This document shows positions 45,346 to 54,189 of a stretch of DNA of 59,516 nt, piece by piece. The stretch is from an uncultured Pseudomonadales bacterium (GTDB lineage: Bacteria; Patescibacteriota; Microgenomatia; UBA1400; PJMF01): NCBI GenBank assembly GCA_964650185.1, contig CAZYRN010000004.1, forward strand, positions 2,553 through 62,068, given 5' to 3'. Position numbers and translations under genes: made by a program. Under the pieces are notes generated by a model that was given only the letters and a program-made list of their open reading frames with translations, searched no databases and was not told the origin of the DNA. Numbering within the stretch: the stretch's first letter is position 1; each line of letters begins with the position of its first letter.

Positions 45346-47511
45346 ATGAGTGTGCCAGACAGTTTTTTTCGTAAAATCATCATCATCTTGTTTCACCTGC
45401 TAGTTATTACTGTCCCTTTTTTCTTTACCTGGGTTAATGAGGAGTTGTTTGAGTTTCCCAAGATGCTGCTCACTTACAGCTTTACCATCTTTATTGTAGG
45501 TTTCTGGGTGATGAGAATGATCAGAGAAAAGCGCTGGATTATTTACAGATCAGTATTTACTTGGCCAATTTTAGCTTTTCTCCTCTCTCAAGTCATGGCC
45601 ACCATCTTCTCCATTCATTTTCATACCTCAATTTTTGGCTACTACACTCGCTGGCACGGCAGCCTACTATCTACTTTTGCTTATATTCTCCTTTTTTACG
45701 CCTTTATCAGTAACATTAATCGTCGCGATCTGCCTAAGTTAATGCTTAGCCTGCTCCTAGCTGCCCTAGGCGTTTCTCTGTATGCAATTCCTGAACATTT
45801 TGGCGTTTCGCCCAGCTGTTTATTGATCAGTCGTCAGTTCAGTGTCCAGTGTTGGGTGCAGGATGTCCAGACCAGAGTATTTGCTACTTTTGGCCAGCCC
45901 AACTGGTTGGCAGCCTATGTAGTTACTCTCCTGCCGCTGTCTTTGATCGCCACTGTCAAAGCTAGTTTTTCCTCAAAAAAAATCTGGCAATCAAAAAAAA
46001 GCTGGCTGTATGGAATAACTAGCGTCGCACTGCTGATGACGCTAATTTTTACCAAATCCCGCTCAGGCATGCTGGGTTTTGGAATCAGCATCATCGTGCT
46101 TGTGTTGGGCTTAATCTGGTTGCTCTATCAAAAACAGCTGCTGAGATCGCAGCTCACTACCAGATTGGGCGGACTCAGTGCGGTGCTGCTGGTAGTCATC
46201 GCTCTCTTCGGCACACCCTTTACCCCCTCATTGCCTAAGCTATTAACAGCTGCCACTCCTACCAATGAAGCTCCAGCCGCTGACGCTGATCTCCAGCCTA
46301 CCTCCGCCCCAGTCAACCGCTTAGAAGCAGGCGGCACTGATTCCGGTGAGATTAGAAAAATAGTTTGGCAAGGAGCTATAGATGTCTGGAAAAGATATCC
46401 TTTATTTGGCTCCGGCGTGGAAACTTTTGCTTACAGTTACTACCAAGATCGGCCATTAGCACATAATGACGTCTCTGAATGGGACTTTCTCTACAACAAA
46501 GCCCACAACGAACTCTTAAACTTTTTAGCTACCACCGGCATTTTTGGATTAGGCACATACTTAGTAATGCTGGGGTGGTTTGGCATCATTTGTCTAAAAA
46601 TTATTACTCAGCCTGAGCCAAAAAAGACTGAAACCTCGTCCTACGACCTACAACAACAATTAGTAGCTCTCTCCTTATTAGCCGGCGTAGTGGCTCTTTC
46701 TATCTCTAACTTTTTTGGTTTCTCCACTGTCATGGTGAGTGTGTTGATGTTCTTATTTTTCGGTTGGGTGGAGTTAATTTACCGCCAACAGCAGCCCTCT
46801 CTTATAGATCCTAAATTTCTGCCAAAGGCTACAGCTGGTCAACAATTTGGCATGATTATTACTGCTTTAATCATGTTTATCCTCTTGACTAGAATCATCG
46901 TCACTTGGCGAGCAGATTATGCATTCGCCACTGGAAAATCATATTTTAAAGCCCAGTACATTTTGCCAGGTATGCAGCAGCTCCAGCAAGCGGCTGCTCT
47001 CCAACCTCAGCAGGCGCTTTTCCATGATGAGTTAGCAGAAACTTATAGTCAGCTAGCAGTAGCTTTGGATGAGCAAGGTGAGAGTACTCAGGCAGCTCAA
47101 CTCGCCGCCGCGGCTGTACAGGAAGTCACCTTAACTCGCCGCCTTAATCCCCGTCATCTCAACTTTTATAAAACCCAAGCTCGAGTGTTTATTAACTTAT
47201 CTCAAATAGATGAATCACTGTTAGATTATGCTTTAGAAACGCTTTACACCGCCATAGAACTCGCTCCGACTGACCCTAAATTAAGATATAACCTGGGGGT
47301 AATTTTAATTGATCAAGGAGAAACAGAGGCTGGTCAGACTGCCTTAATTGAAGCCGTGAAGATGAAGCCTAACTATGAAGCTGCCCGACTAGAATTAGGT
47401 AAATTGTATGAATCACAGGGAGAAATTGACCAAGCCGTTGTACAATACCAGTACATTTACGATCATATTACTACCAACAACCAGTTCGTTAATGAAAAAT
47501 TAGCAAAATAA
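45346..47511 (+). CDS. O-antigen ligase (Wzy_C)-like membrane protein with C-terminal TPRs
   Basis: Many TM helices; RVFATFGQPNWLAAY, TKSRSG, R..VWQGA....PLFGSG, AHNE; TPR motifs. Confidence 0.88.
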   Translation: MSVPDSFFRKIIIILFHLLVITVPFFFTWVNEELFEFPKMLLTYSFTIFIVGFWVMRMIREKRWIIYRSVFTWPILAFLLSQVMATIFSIHFHTSIFGYYTRWHGSLLSTFAYILLFYAFISNINRRDLPKLMLSLLLAALGVSLYAIPEHFGVSPSCLLISRQFSVQCWVQDVQTRVFATFGQPNWLAAYVVTLLPLSLIATVKASFSSKKIWQSKKSWLYGITSVALLMTLIFTKSRSGMLGFGISIIVLVLGLIWLLYQKQLLRSQLTTRLGGLSAVLLVVIALFGTPFTPSLPKLLTAATPTNEAPAADADLQPTSAPVNRLEAGGTDSGEIRKIVWQGAIDVWKRYPLFGSGVETFAYSYYQDRPLAHNDVSEWDFLYNKAHNELLNFLATTGIFGLGTYLVMLGWFGIICLKIITQPEPKKTETSSYDLQQQLVALSLLAGVVALSISNFFGFSTVMVSVLMFLFFGWVELIYRQQQPSLIDPKFLPKATAGQQFGMIITALIMFILLTRIIVTWRADYAFATGKSYFKAQYILPGMQQLQQAAALQPQQALFHDELAETYSQLAVALDEQGESTQAAQLAAAAVQEVTLTRRLNPRHLNFYKTQARVFINLSQIDESLLDYALETLYTAIELAPTDPKLRYNLGVILIDQGETEAGQTALIEAVKMKPNYEAARLELGKLYESQGEIDQAVVQYQYIYDHITTNNQFVNEKLAK

Positions 47512-47521
47512 TGAAAATTTC

Positions 47522-48115
47522 ATGAAAATTGTGACTGTACCCCATCCAGCTTTAAGAGAGCCAGCTCAACCTATCATCACTGTTGATAAAAAGTTGTTAA
47601 AATTTGTCGAGGAATTGCAACGCACTTTGGATAAGAAAAAAAATCCGCCTGGCGTAGGACTGGCTGCACCGCAAGTGGCTACCAACATGCGCATTTTTAC
47701 CACTAAACTTGCTCCTTTTACTGAGGAAGATGACTATAATCCCCGCGATCTCAATTTGGCTGAAATTCGTTATTACATTAATCCCCAGGTGATTGATCAC
47801 AGCTCTGAATTAGTGCTGGGAGTTGATGAAGAAGAACCAGATTTAGAGGGCTGTTTGTCGATTCCAGGAATTTACGGTCCAGTTCCCCGCTGGGAATGGA
47901 TCGAAGTTGAGTACCAGCAAGTTCAAGAACAAGAGCTAATCACTCATCGGGAAAGATTTGCAGATTTTTACGCTCGAGTAGTCCAGCACGAAATTGATCA
48001 CCTCGATGGAATTTTGTTTACCGATTATCTAAAAAAATATGACTTGCCGGTTTATCAAACAGACCGCCGTGACAATCTCGTTGAGATTGACCCAAGAATT
48101 ATCGAAATCTTTTAA
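47522..48115 (+). CDS. def: Peptide deformylase
   Basis: GVGLAAPQ, EGCLS, QHEIDHLDG. Confidence 0.96.
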   Translation: MKIVTVPHPALREPAQPIITVDKKLLKFVEELQRTLDKKKNPPGVGLAAPQVATNMRIFTTKLAPFTEEDDYNPRDLNLAEIRYYINPQVIDHSSELVLGVDEEEPDLEGCLSIPGIYGPVPRWEWIEVEYQQVQEQELITHRERFADFYARVVQHEIDHLDGILFTDYLKKYDLPVYQTDRRDNLVEIDPRIIEIF

Positions 48116-49140
48116 TGTTTACTCTCGCCATTGCCGGATCTACCACCTACTCTGCTCAGTGCGCCACTGCATTACTGGAAAATCCATCACTGGATTTAAT
48201 CTGGATCATGACGCCGGCGCCAAAATTGGTTGGCCGCCACCAGGAGCTGACAGTGAATCCGCTGCATCAGTTTGCTCAAGATCAGCAGCTACCAACCGTG
48301 TTGGTGGACCAAAAAATTGACCAGCAGGTTCAAGAAAAAATATCACGGCTGGAACAACCCGATTTTTTGTTAGTGGTTGATTTCGGCTACATTATTCCCA
48401 ACTGGCTCCTTCAGCGACCACGCTTGATGCCGCTTAATATCCATCCGTCAGCTTTGCCTAAGTGGCGCGGTAGTTCTCCCGGCCAATTTGTCTTGCTGGC
48501 AGGAGAAAAAAATTCTGCGGTGAGCTTAATCGAGATGAACGATCAACTGGATCAAGGACCAATTATTGCTCAAATTGAATTTTCAGTGGCGCAAAACTGG
48601 ACTCAAACCGAGTATTACCAGCACAGTTTTCAGCTAATTACTGAACAGTTGGGTGAGTTGATACTAAAATCGGCTAGCAAAGACCCAACTCCCCAGCCGC
48701 CTACCTCACCAACACCGATTGCCCGCCGCTTAACTAAAGCGGATTCATTTGTCCCGTGGGAGATTATTAGTCAAATTCTGACAGATCGTAAACAAGAAAC
48801 TGGTGCTGCAGATGCTGTCGATGCAGTTGCAACCGATGCTGTCGATGGGGCCGCCACACCAGCCCTTCCCGCCGCCATTTCCGACCAGCCAGTTTTAACT
48901 ACTTATCTAGCCAACGCCCCAGCGACTGCAGCAGCCACTATTATTTCTCGAGCCTGCCGAGCCTTTTCACCTTGGCCATTGGTTTGGACAGAACTGCCCA
49001 CTCCCCAAGGTTCGCGCCGCATGCAGCTTATTAGTTGCACCTCAACTAGCGATCATCAGCTTATTTTAGAAAAAGTTAAAATTGCCGGACTCTCAATCAA
49101 GCCCTGGCATGAAGTCAAAAATATATATCAGGGTGTTTAA
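48115..49140 (+). CDS. fmt: Methionyl-tRNA formyltransferase
   Basis: VVDFGYII, NIHPSALPKWRGSSP, LDQGPI, RAFSPWP; coupled to def. Confidence 0.9.
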   Translation: MFTLAIAGSTTYSAQCATALLENPSLDLIWIMTPAPKLVGRHQELTVNPLHQFAQDQQLPTVLVDQKIDQQVQEKISRLEQPDFLLVVDFGYIIPNWLLQRPRLMPLNIHPSALPKWRGSSPGQFVLLAGEKNSAVSLIEMNDQLDQGPIIAQIEFSVAQNWTQTEYYQHSFQLITEQLGELILKSASKDPTPQPPTSPTPIARRLTKADSFVPWEIISQILTDRKQETGAADAVDAVATDAVDGAATPALPAAISDQPVLTTYLANAPATAAATIISRACRAFSPWPLVWTELPTPQGSRRMQLISCTSTSDHQLILEKVKIAGLSIKPWHEVKNIYQGV

Positions 49141-49186
49141 TCCTGCAGGGTGGTTAAATCTATGGGGAACCTACTCTCGAGGAAGC

Positions 49187-49408
49187 TTACTCTTGATCGG
49201 AGTTGGCTTGATAGTGAGAAGTGACGCCAGCTTTTTTGAGCATGCGCAGCACTTTAGTCGGCACACGCATTCTTTTTCGCTGACCATCAACTAAAACCGT
49301 CACGGTATGTAAATTGCGTCTAAAGGCTCTTTTACTGCGGTTTTTGGCATGAGAAACCTTGTTGCCAATGTGGGCGACTGATGGATATTTAACGTCAAAA
49401 CTTGCCAT
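49187..49408 (-). CDS. rpmB: 50S ribosomal protein L28 (Cys-free)
   Basis: GNKVSHAKNRSKRAFRRNLH...V....LR. Confidence 0.88.
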   Translation of the reverse strand: MASFDVKYPSVAHIGNKVSHAKNRSKRAFRRNLHTVTVLVDGQRKRMRVPTKVLRMLKKAGVTSHYQANSDQE

Positions 49409-49525
49409 AGAAAGAGAATTATACCTTAAAAACAAGAGATATCAAATACAAGCTGCTCGGGTACTGTATTATCTCGCTACCGCTTTCTGCATCGGATATT
49501 TTCTGAATCGTATATAATAAAGGTA

Positions 49526-50143
49526 ATGCTAAATTTACTTTTCGCCAATCCTTTGGCTTTTATTTTGCTTTTTGCAGGTTTAATAGTCGCCATTACTATC
49601 CATGAGTTTGCTCACGCCTGGGCAGCTGATCAACTAGGCGATCCCACCCCCAGAGTTCAAGGCAGAGTGACACTAGATCCCAGAGCTCATCTGGATCCAA
49701 TCGGCACCATCGCTATTCTCATTACCCGCTTTGGCTGGGGTAAACCGGTTCAATTTGATCCTTACAACTTAAAAGACCCAGTCCGTGACACCGCTTTAAT
49801 TAGCTTAGCTGGACCATTATCTAACTTAATTATGGCGGGAATTTTATCAATCATAATTAATTTAGGAGTGGCTCCTTGGCTGTGGGTGCAGCAGGCTTTA
49901 GTCCAAGTCTTGGTGATTAATGTGGTCTTGGCAATCTTTAACTTAATTCCTATTTTTCCTCTAGACGGCGGAAAAATTTTAACGGCCATTCTACCCCGCG
50001 CCACCGCCATCGAATACGAAGCGTTTATGCAGCGTTACTGGATTCTCATTTTGCTGTTCTTTATTTTTCCCTGGGGAGGTACTTCACCGGCTTCACAGCT
50101 GATCATGCCAATTATTGACTTAATTGTCAGGTGGCTTATCTAA
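49526..50143 (+). CDS. Site-2 protease (M50 family)
   Basis: HEFAH, GDPTP, AGPLSN, FNLIPIFPLDGG. Confidence 0.94.
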   Translation: MLNLLFANPLAFILLFAGLIVAITIHEFAHAWAADQLGDPTPRVQGRVTLDPRAHLDPIGTIAILITRFGWGKPVQFDPYNLKDPVRDTALISLAGPLSNLIMAGILSIIINLGVAPWLWVQQALVQVLVINVVLAIFNLIPIFPLDGGKILTAILPRATAIEYEAFMQRYWILILLFFIFPWGGTSPASQLIMPIIDLIVRWLI

Positions 50144-50149
50144 CAGTCC

Positions 50150-50731
50150 ATGAAAATTGAAACTTTGGTTTTAGGAGAACTCCAAACTAACTGCTATCTA
50201 GCCTGGTGTCCGCGCACGGAGCAAGCGGTGATCATAGACCCAGCTGATAACGGGACATTTATCAGTGAAAGAATTTTAGAACTGGGTTTAGAGCCAGTAG
50301 CTATTTTACTAACTCATGGCCATTATGATCATGTCTTAGGTTTACTGGAGCTTAAACTCAACTTTCCTCAAGCCAGCATTATGATGCACGCGGCTGATCT
50401 GTTTTTACTCGAGACGATGGAGTCGCGGGTGAAACACTGGCAAGGTCCAGAAACACTCGTACCGCCCACCCCAGCCATTGATCACTTTTTAACAGATGGT
50501 GAAACTATTGAGTTTGGTTATCAAGAGCTGGAGGTGATTCACACACCTGGCCATACTCCCGGCAGTGTCTGTTTTTACGACCGAGAAAATCTTTTTTCCG
50601 GTGATACTTTGTTTCGTACCGGCGTTGGCCGGACTGATTTGAGTTATTCCAGCAGTCAACAGCTCAAAAAATCGCTGCAAAAACTGTTGCCCTTAGCGAC
50701 TGAGCGGAATCTTTATCCAGGACATGAATAG
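50150..50731 (+). CDS. MBL-fold hydrolase (glyoxalase II-like)
   Basis: TNCY, THGHYDH, TPGHTPGS, SGDTLF, PGHE. Confidence 0.92.
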   Translation: MKIETLVLGELQTNCYLAWCPRTEQAVIIDPADNGTFISERILELGLEPVAILLTHGHYDHVLGLLELKLNFPQASIMMHAADLFLLETMESRVKHWQGPETLVPPTPAIDHFLTDGETIEFGYQELEVIHTPGHTPGSVCFYDRENLFSGDTLFRTGVGRTDLSYSSSQQLKKSLQKLLPLATERNLYPGHE

Positions 50732-50749
50732 GCTCATGACAACCTGATC

Positions 50750-52123
50750 CTAACCACTAACTGTGATGATCAGAAAAATTAAGAAGAAAATAAAGGCGGC
50801 TGCCATGATTAGTTGCCGCAGTCTGCTGGGTCGGAAATAGGCTGGCAGCCGCTTCTGATTTAAATAAAACAACAGTGGAAAAGAAACCAGCATTGCCGCC
50901 GCATTCAGCACTGCTCCTAAAGTTAGTAAAAAGCGTGGCTCAGTCACACCTGCCAAATAAATAATCATTCCCAAAAATATTTGTGCCCACAAAGCCAAGT
51001 AAAAAGCTAAAGAAAGATTGAATTTTTTTCCTTTTTTAAAAAAGATCAGTAAAATATTTTCGGAAATGATCCGCGACGAAGATTCCAACACGCCGACCTG
51101 CGTACTAAACAACATTAGCGCCGCCACTAGTAAGAAAAATGTCCCAACAATGGGTGAAAGCCGTTCACTAATCACCCCAGCCTCAGTGTACAAAAAACTC
51201 AACCCCTCAGCTGCACCAGTGCCAAAAACCGTTACTTTCGCCAGCACCGCCATCACCAAAATGGTCGTAAAGCCCAGGGTTAAAAATACAATCGAGTGTT
51301 CAAAATTAACTACTCGCCACCAACCTTGCCACTGGCGCCGGTTAGCGGCGGTATCTTGAAAAAGCTGACCCTCAACTTTGACTGGCTTAACTTCTTTCCG
51401 ATTGAGCAAGGAAGAAATTTTAGCCGCATACTTGCCCATCCCCCAGCCTTTTTCTTTAATGTAATAAGACTGAGCTAGATTTAAATTGCCGCCCGCTCCA
51501 GAAAATGCAAACGCACCCAAAAAGCTAGCAATGGCAATTCCGGGCGGGAAAAACCACCAGCCGTCACCGCGCCCGACTAAACCCCAAGCGGCTTCAATCC
51601 AATCTTGCCGACCAGTCAGCAGTAAAGTAACTACCAGCATAAACGGCAAACCCACCAAGATCACCGACCGCTGCAGCCACTCCATGGTGTTATATAAAAA
51701 CTTGCCCGCCGACAAAATCAAGCCAGTTAAAGCTAATAACACCAGCGCGATGATCGTCTCCGTGTGCTGACCACCAATAAAGTTCGCTAAAATCTGGGAA
51801 GCGGCTGAAGAAAAGCCCGGCAGTGACCAAGGAATAAAAGTAGAAATAATAAACCACCACGGAATCAGCCAGCTTAACTTGCGAAAACCGACAAAAACAC
51901 TTTCTCCCCACGCCAATGAGTAACGCATCGCTTCCGTATTCAGCACATACTGAAAAATGATGCCTAACAATCCGCCCCACAAAATTCCCAAACCAAAGTT
52001 AGCTGTCAGATATGGCCATAAGATCAACTCACCGCTACCCAGTGCCAACCCCAACAAAATGAAAGATGGCCCGAGCGTGGACCAAATGCTCGGTGGTTTC
52101 GGCAGACTTTTAGAAACAGGCAT
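50750..52123 (-). CDS. Nramp-like/APC-superfamily transporter
   Basis: LGPSFIL.GLALGSGE.ILWP start; about 11 TM helices. Confidence 0.75.
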   Translation of the reverse strand: MPVSKSLPKPPSIWSTLGPSFILLGLALGSGELILWPYLTANFGLGILWGGLLGIIFQYVLNTEAMRYSLAWGESVFVGFRKLSWLIPWWFIISTFIPWSLPGFSSAASQILANFIGGQHTETIIALVLLALTGLILSAGKFLYNTMEWLQRSVILVGLPFMLVVTLLLTGRQDWIEAAWGLVGRGDGWWFFPPGIAIASFLGAFAFSGAGGNLNLAQSYYIKEKGWGMGKYAAKISSLLNRKEVKPVKVEGQLFQDTAANRRQWQGWWRVVNFEHSIVFLTLGFTTILVMAVLAKVTVFGTGAAEGLSFLYTEAGVISERLSPIVGTFFLLVAALMLFSTQVGVLESSSRIISENILLIFFKKGKKFNLSLAFYLALWAQIFLGMIIYLAGVTEPRFLLTLGAVLNAAAMLVSFPLLFYLNQKRLPAYFRPSRLRQLIMAAAFIFFLIFLIITVSG

Positions 52124-52247
52124 TAGTCAAAGTATAGCGGAAAATATTAACTGGATAAACTCTTCATCTTTAATTCATAATTGGTTGATATACTAACTGA
52201 AACTTCCTTGTCATCTTGTAAATAAATACAAGCAGCTTGCTAAGTGT

Positions 52248-52952
52248 ATGCGGATTTTAATTATTGAAGACAACCAACTACTAGCTGGAGCCTTAAAAAA
52301 TCACTTACAACAATCGTATGCTGTTGACTTAGCTTACTCAGGTGACAAAGGAGTTAATTTAGCATTAGTTCACGATTATGATGCGATCTTATTAGATCTA
52401 GAGCTGCCCATGATGATTGGCTATGAAGTCTGCCGACAACTGCGAAATCAAGAAATTTACACCCCAATTTTAGTCATCTCCGGCCATGACAGCACTGGTA
52501 GCAAGGTGGCACTCTTAAACGCAGGGGCTGATGATTACGTCATCAAACCCTTTAGCACCGCTGAGATTAAAGCCAGATTACGAGCGGTACTGAGAAGATC
52601 AGCTCACTTTGAAAAAAATATTTTAGAAGTACACCCCTTACACCTCAACCGCATTACTAAAGCCGTTGCAATTCGCAACCGACCGCTCAATTTGCCATTA
52701 AAAGAGTTTTTAATTTTAGAGCACCTAATGCTTTACGCCAATACTCCCATCAGCAGATTAGAGCTTTTAGAACACGTCTGGGAAGGCTGGCCAGACTTAT
52801 CCAGCAATATTATTGACGTTCATATTGGCAACATTCGCAGAAAAATTGGGCGGCCAGAAAGTAACCAGCTGATTAAAACCGTGCGTGGCATCGGCTACAT
52901 GATTCCTAAAACACAATTAAACAATTCTCCGCCCGAGTGGCAGTTAAGTTAG
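52248..52952 (+). CDS. OmpR-family response regulator
   Basis: IIEDN, LLDLELP (phospho-Asp), GADDYVIKPF; winged helix with KTVRGIGY. Confidence 0.95.
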   Translation: MRILIIEDNQLLAGALKNHLQQSYAVDLAYSGDKGVNLALVHDYDAILLDLELPMMIGYEVCRQLRNQEIYTPILVISGHDSTGSKVALLNAGADDYVIKPFSTAEIKARLRAVLRRSAHFEKNILEVHPLHLNRITKAVAIRNRPLNLPLKEFLILEHLMLYANTPISRLELLEHVWEGWPDLSSNIIDVHIGNIRRKIGRPESNQLIKTVRGIGYMIPKTQLNNSPPEWQLS

Positions 52953-52955
52953 CTC

Positions 52956-53843
52956 ATGATTGGTTTACTCAGGCATATTGGCGGCTTGTTTATCCAATTT
53001 CACCAGCTCAGCTCTTTCTTTTATGGTTGTTTAATAGTGCTGATTTTGGCAGCCTTCTTGATTTTAATCAGTGGCTTAATTGTCCTGAAAAAAGAGCGGG
53101 ATCAGTTTCAACTCAGCCTCGCAGACCACACTACTATTCTTGAGGAAAAACATGCAGAACAGATGAACCAAGCTTTTCGTTTTGCTGAAATTGGCAAGCA
53201 GGCTGCTGCTATTTTTCATGAAATCCGCACTCCACTCACTGCTGCCTCATTGAGTACTGAAAATTTACAGCAGCATATTCAAGATCAGCGGCTATTGGAA
53301 TCAGCTCAGCTGATTATGGAAAGCTTAAACGTCATTACTCAGTTTGTAGAAACTAATCAAAAGCAGATTCAGCAAGCTTCTCTGCCCTGTTATTTTTCTC
53401 CTCTAACAGAGGTTAAATTAGCCGTGCATATTATGGAAGTGAAAGCTCATCAAAATCTGGTGCAACTGCAAACCCACCTGGTCGATACACCACCGCTGTT
53501 TGGCTGTCCGCTACATTTTTATCAAATTGTGTCGCAATTAATTGCTAATGCGCTTGACTCTTATCTGGATTTACCAGCTCATCGCCATAAAATAGTCAAA
53601 ATTTCACTGGAAAACTATAATCATCACTTGTCTTTTCAAGTTCAAGACTATGGCTGCGGCATCCCTATTTCAGATCAGGCAAAAATTTTTGAGTTGATGT
53701 TTACTACTAAAACTGCTCATCAAGGCTGTGGGATTGGTTTGGCGGTGGCAAAATCTGCTATGGATAATTTCGGCGGCCAGATCACCTTTCACAGCGTGGC
53801 TGGTCAGGGCAGTATTTTTGTGGCTGATTTTCCGCTGCCTTAG
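52956..53843 (+). CDS. Sensor histidine kinase (single TM, no obvious sensor domain)
   Basis: FHEIRTPL (H box), LIANALD, DYGCGI, FTTK, GCGIGL. Confidence 0.9.
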   Translation: MIGLLRHIGGLFIQFHQLSSFFYGCLIVLILAAFLILISGLIVLKKERDQFQLSLADHTTILEEKHAEQMNQAFRFAEIGKQAAAIFHEIRTPLTAASLSTENLQQHIQDQRLLESAQLIMESLNVITQFVETNQKQIQQASLPCYFSPLTEVKLAVHIMEVKAHQNLVQLQTHLVDTPPLFGCPLHFYQIVSQLIANALDSYLDLPAHRHKIVKISLENYNHHLSFQVQDYGCGIPISDQAKIFELMFTTKTAHQGCGIGLAVAKSAMDNFGGQITFHSVAGQGSIFVADFPLP

Positions 53844-53943
53844 ATTAGCAAATTTGTAGCAACTTCGTAAAAACCGCTCCTGACTACTTTTATTATATTT
53901 TGACCTATTGTCTTTTCGGGTTTAATTCTGTTATTTATTAAGT

Positions 53944-54189
53944 ATGTTCCAAAGAATAGCCGAAAAGATTGAGGTAGCTGGCGTCTATAAAAACACCGAG
54001 TTTATCCCTCGCAAGTTTCAGTGGCGGCACCGCGTCTACCAAATAGACGAACTAACTCTCATCTCAGACATCAAAGACGGCGGCATCCGTAAAAGACTTT
54101 ACAGCGTTACTTCTCGAGGAAATCTCTACCGGTTGTGCTTTAACCGTGACAGTGAGAGCTGGCTGCTGGAAGAAGTCTGGTATGAATAA
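53944..54189 (+). CDS. Small DUF6504-like beta protein
   Basis: P..F.WR.R.Y.I...Y.V...Y.L.F......W.L..V pattern; its stop overlaps the dinB start. Confidence 0.65.
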   Translation: MFQRIAEKIEVAGVYKNTEFIPRKFQWRHRVYQIDELTLISDIKDGGIRKRLYSVTSRGNLYRLCFNRDSESWLLEEVWYE

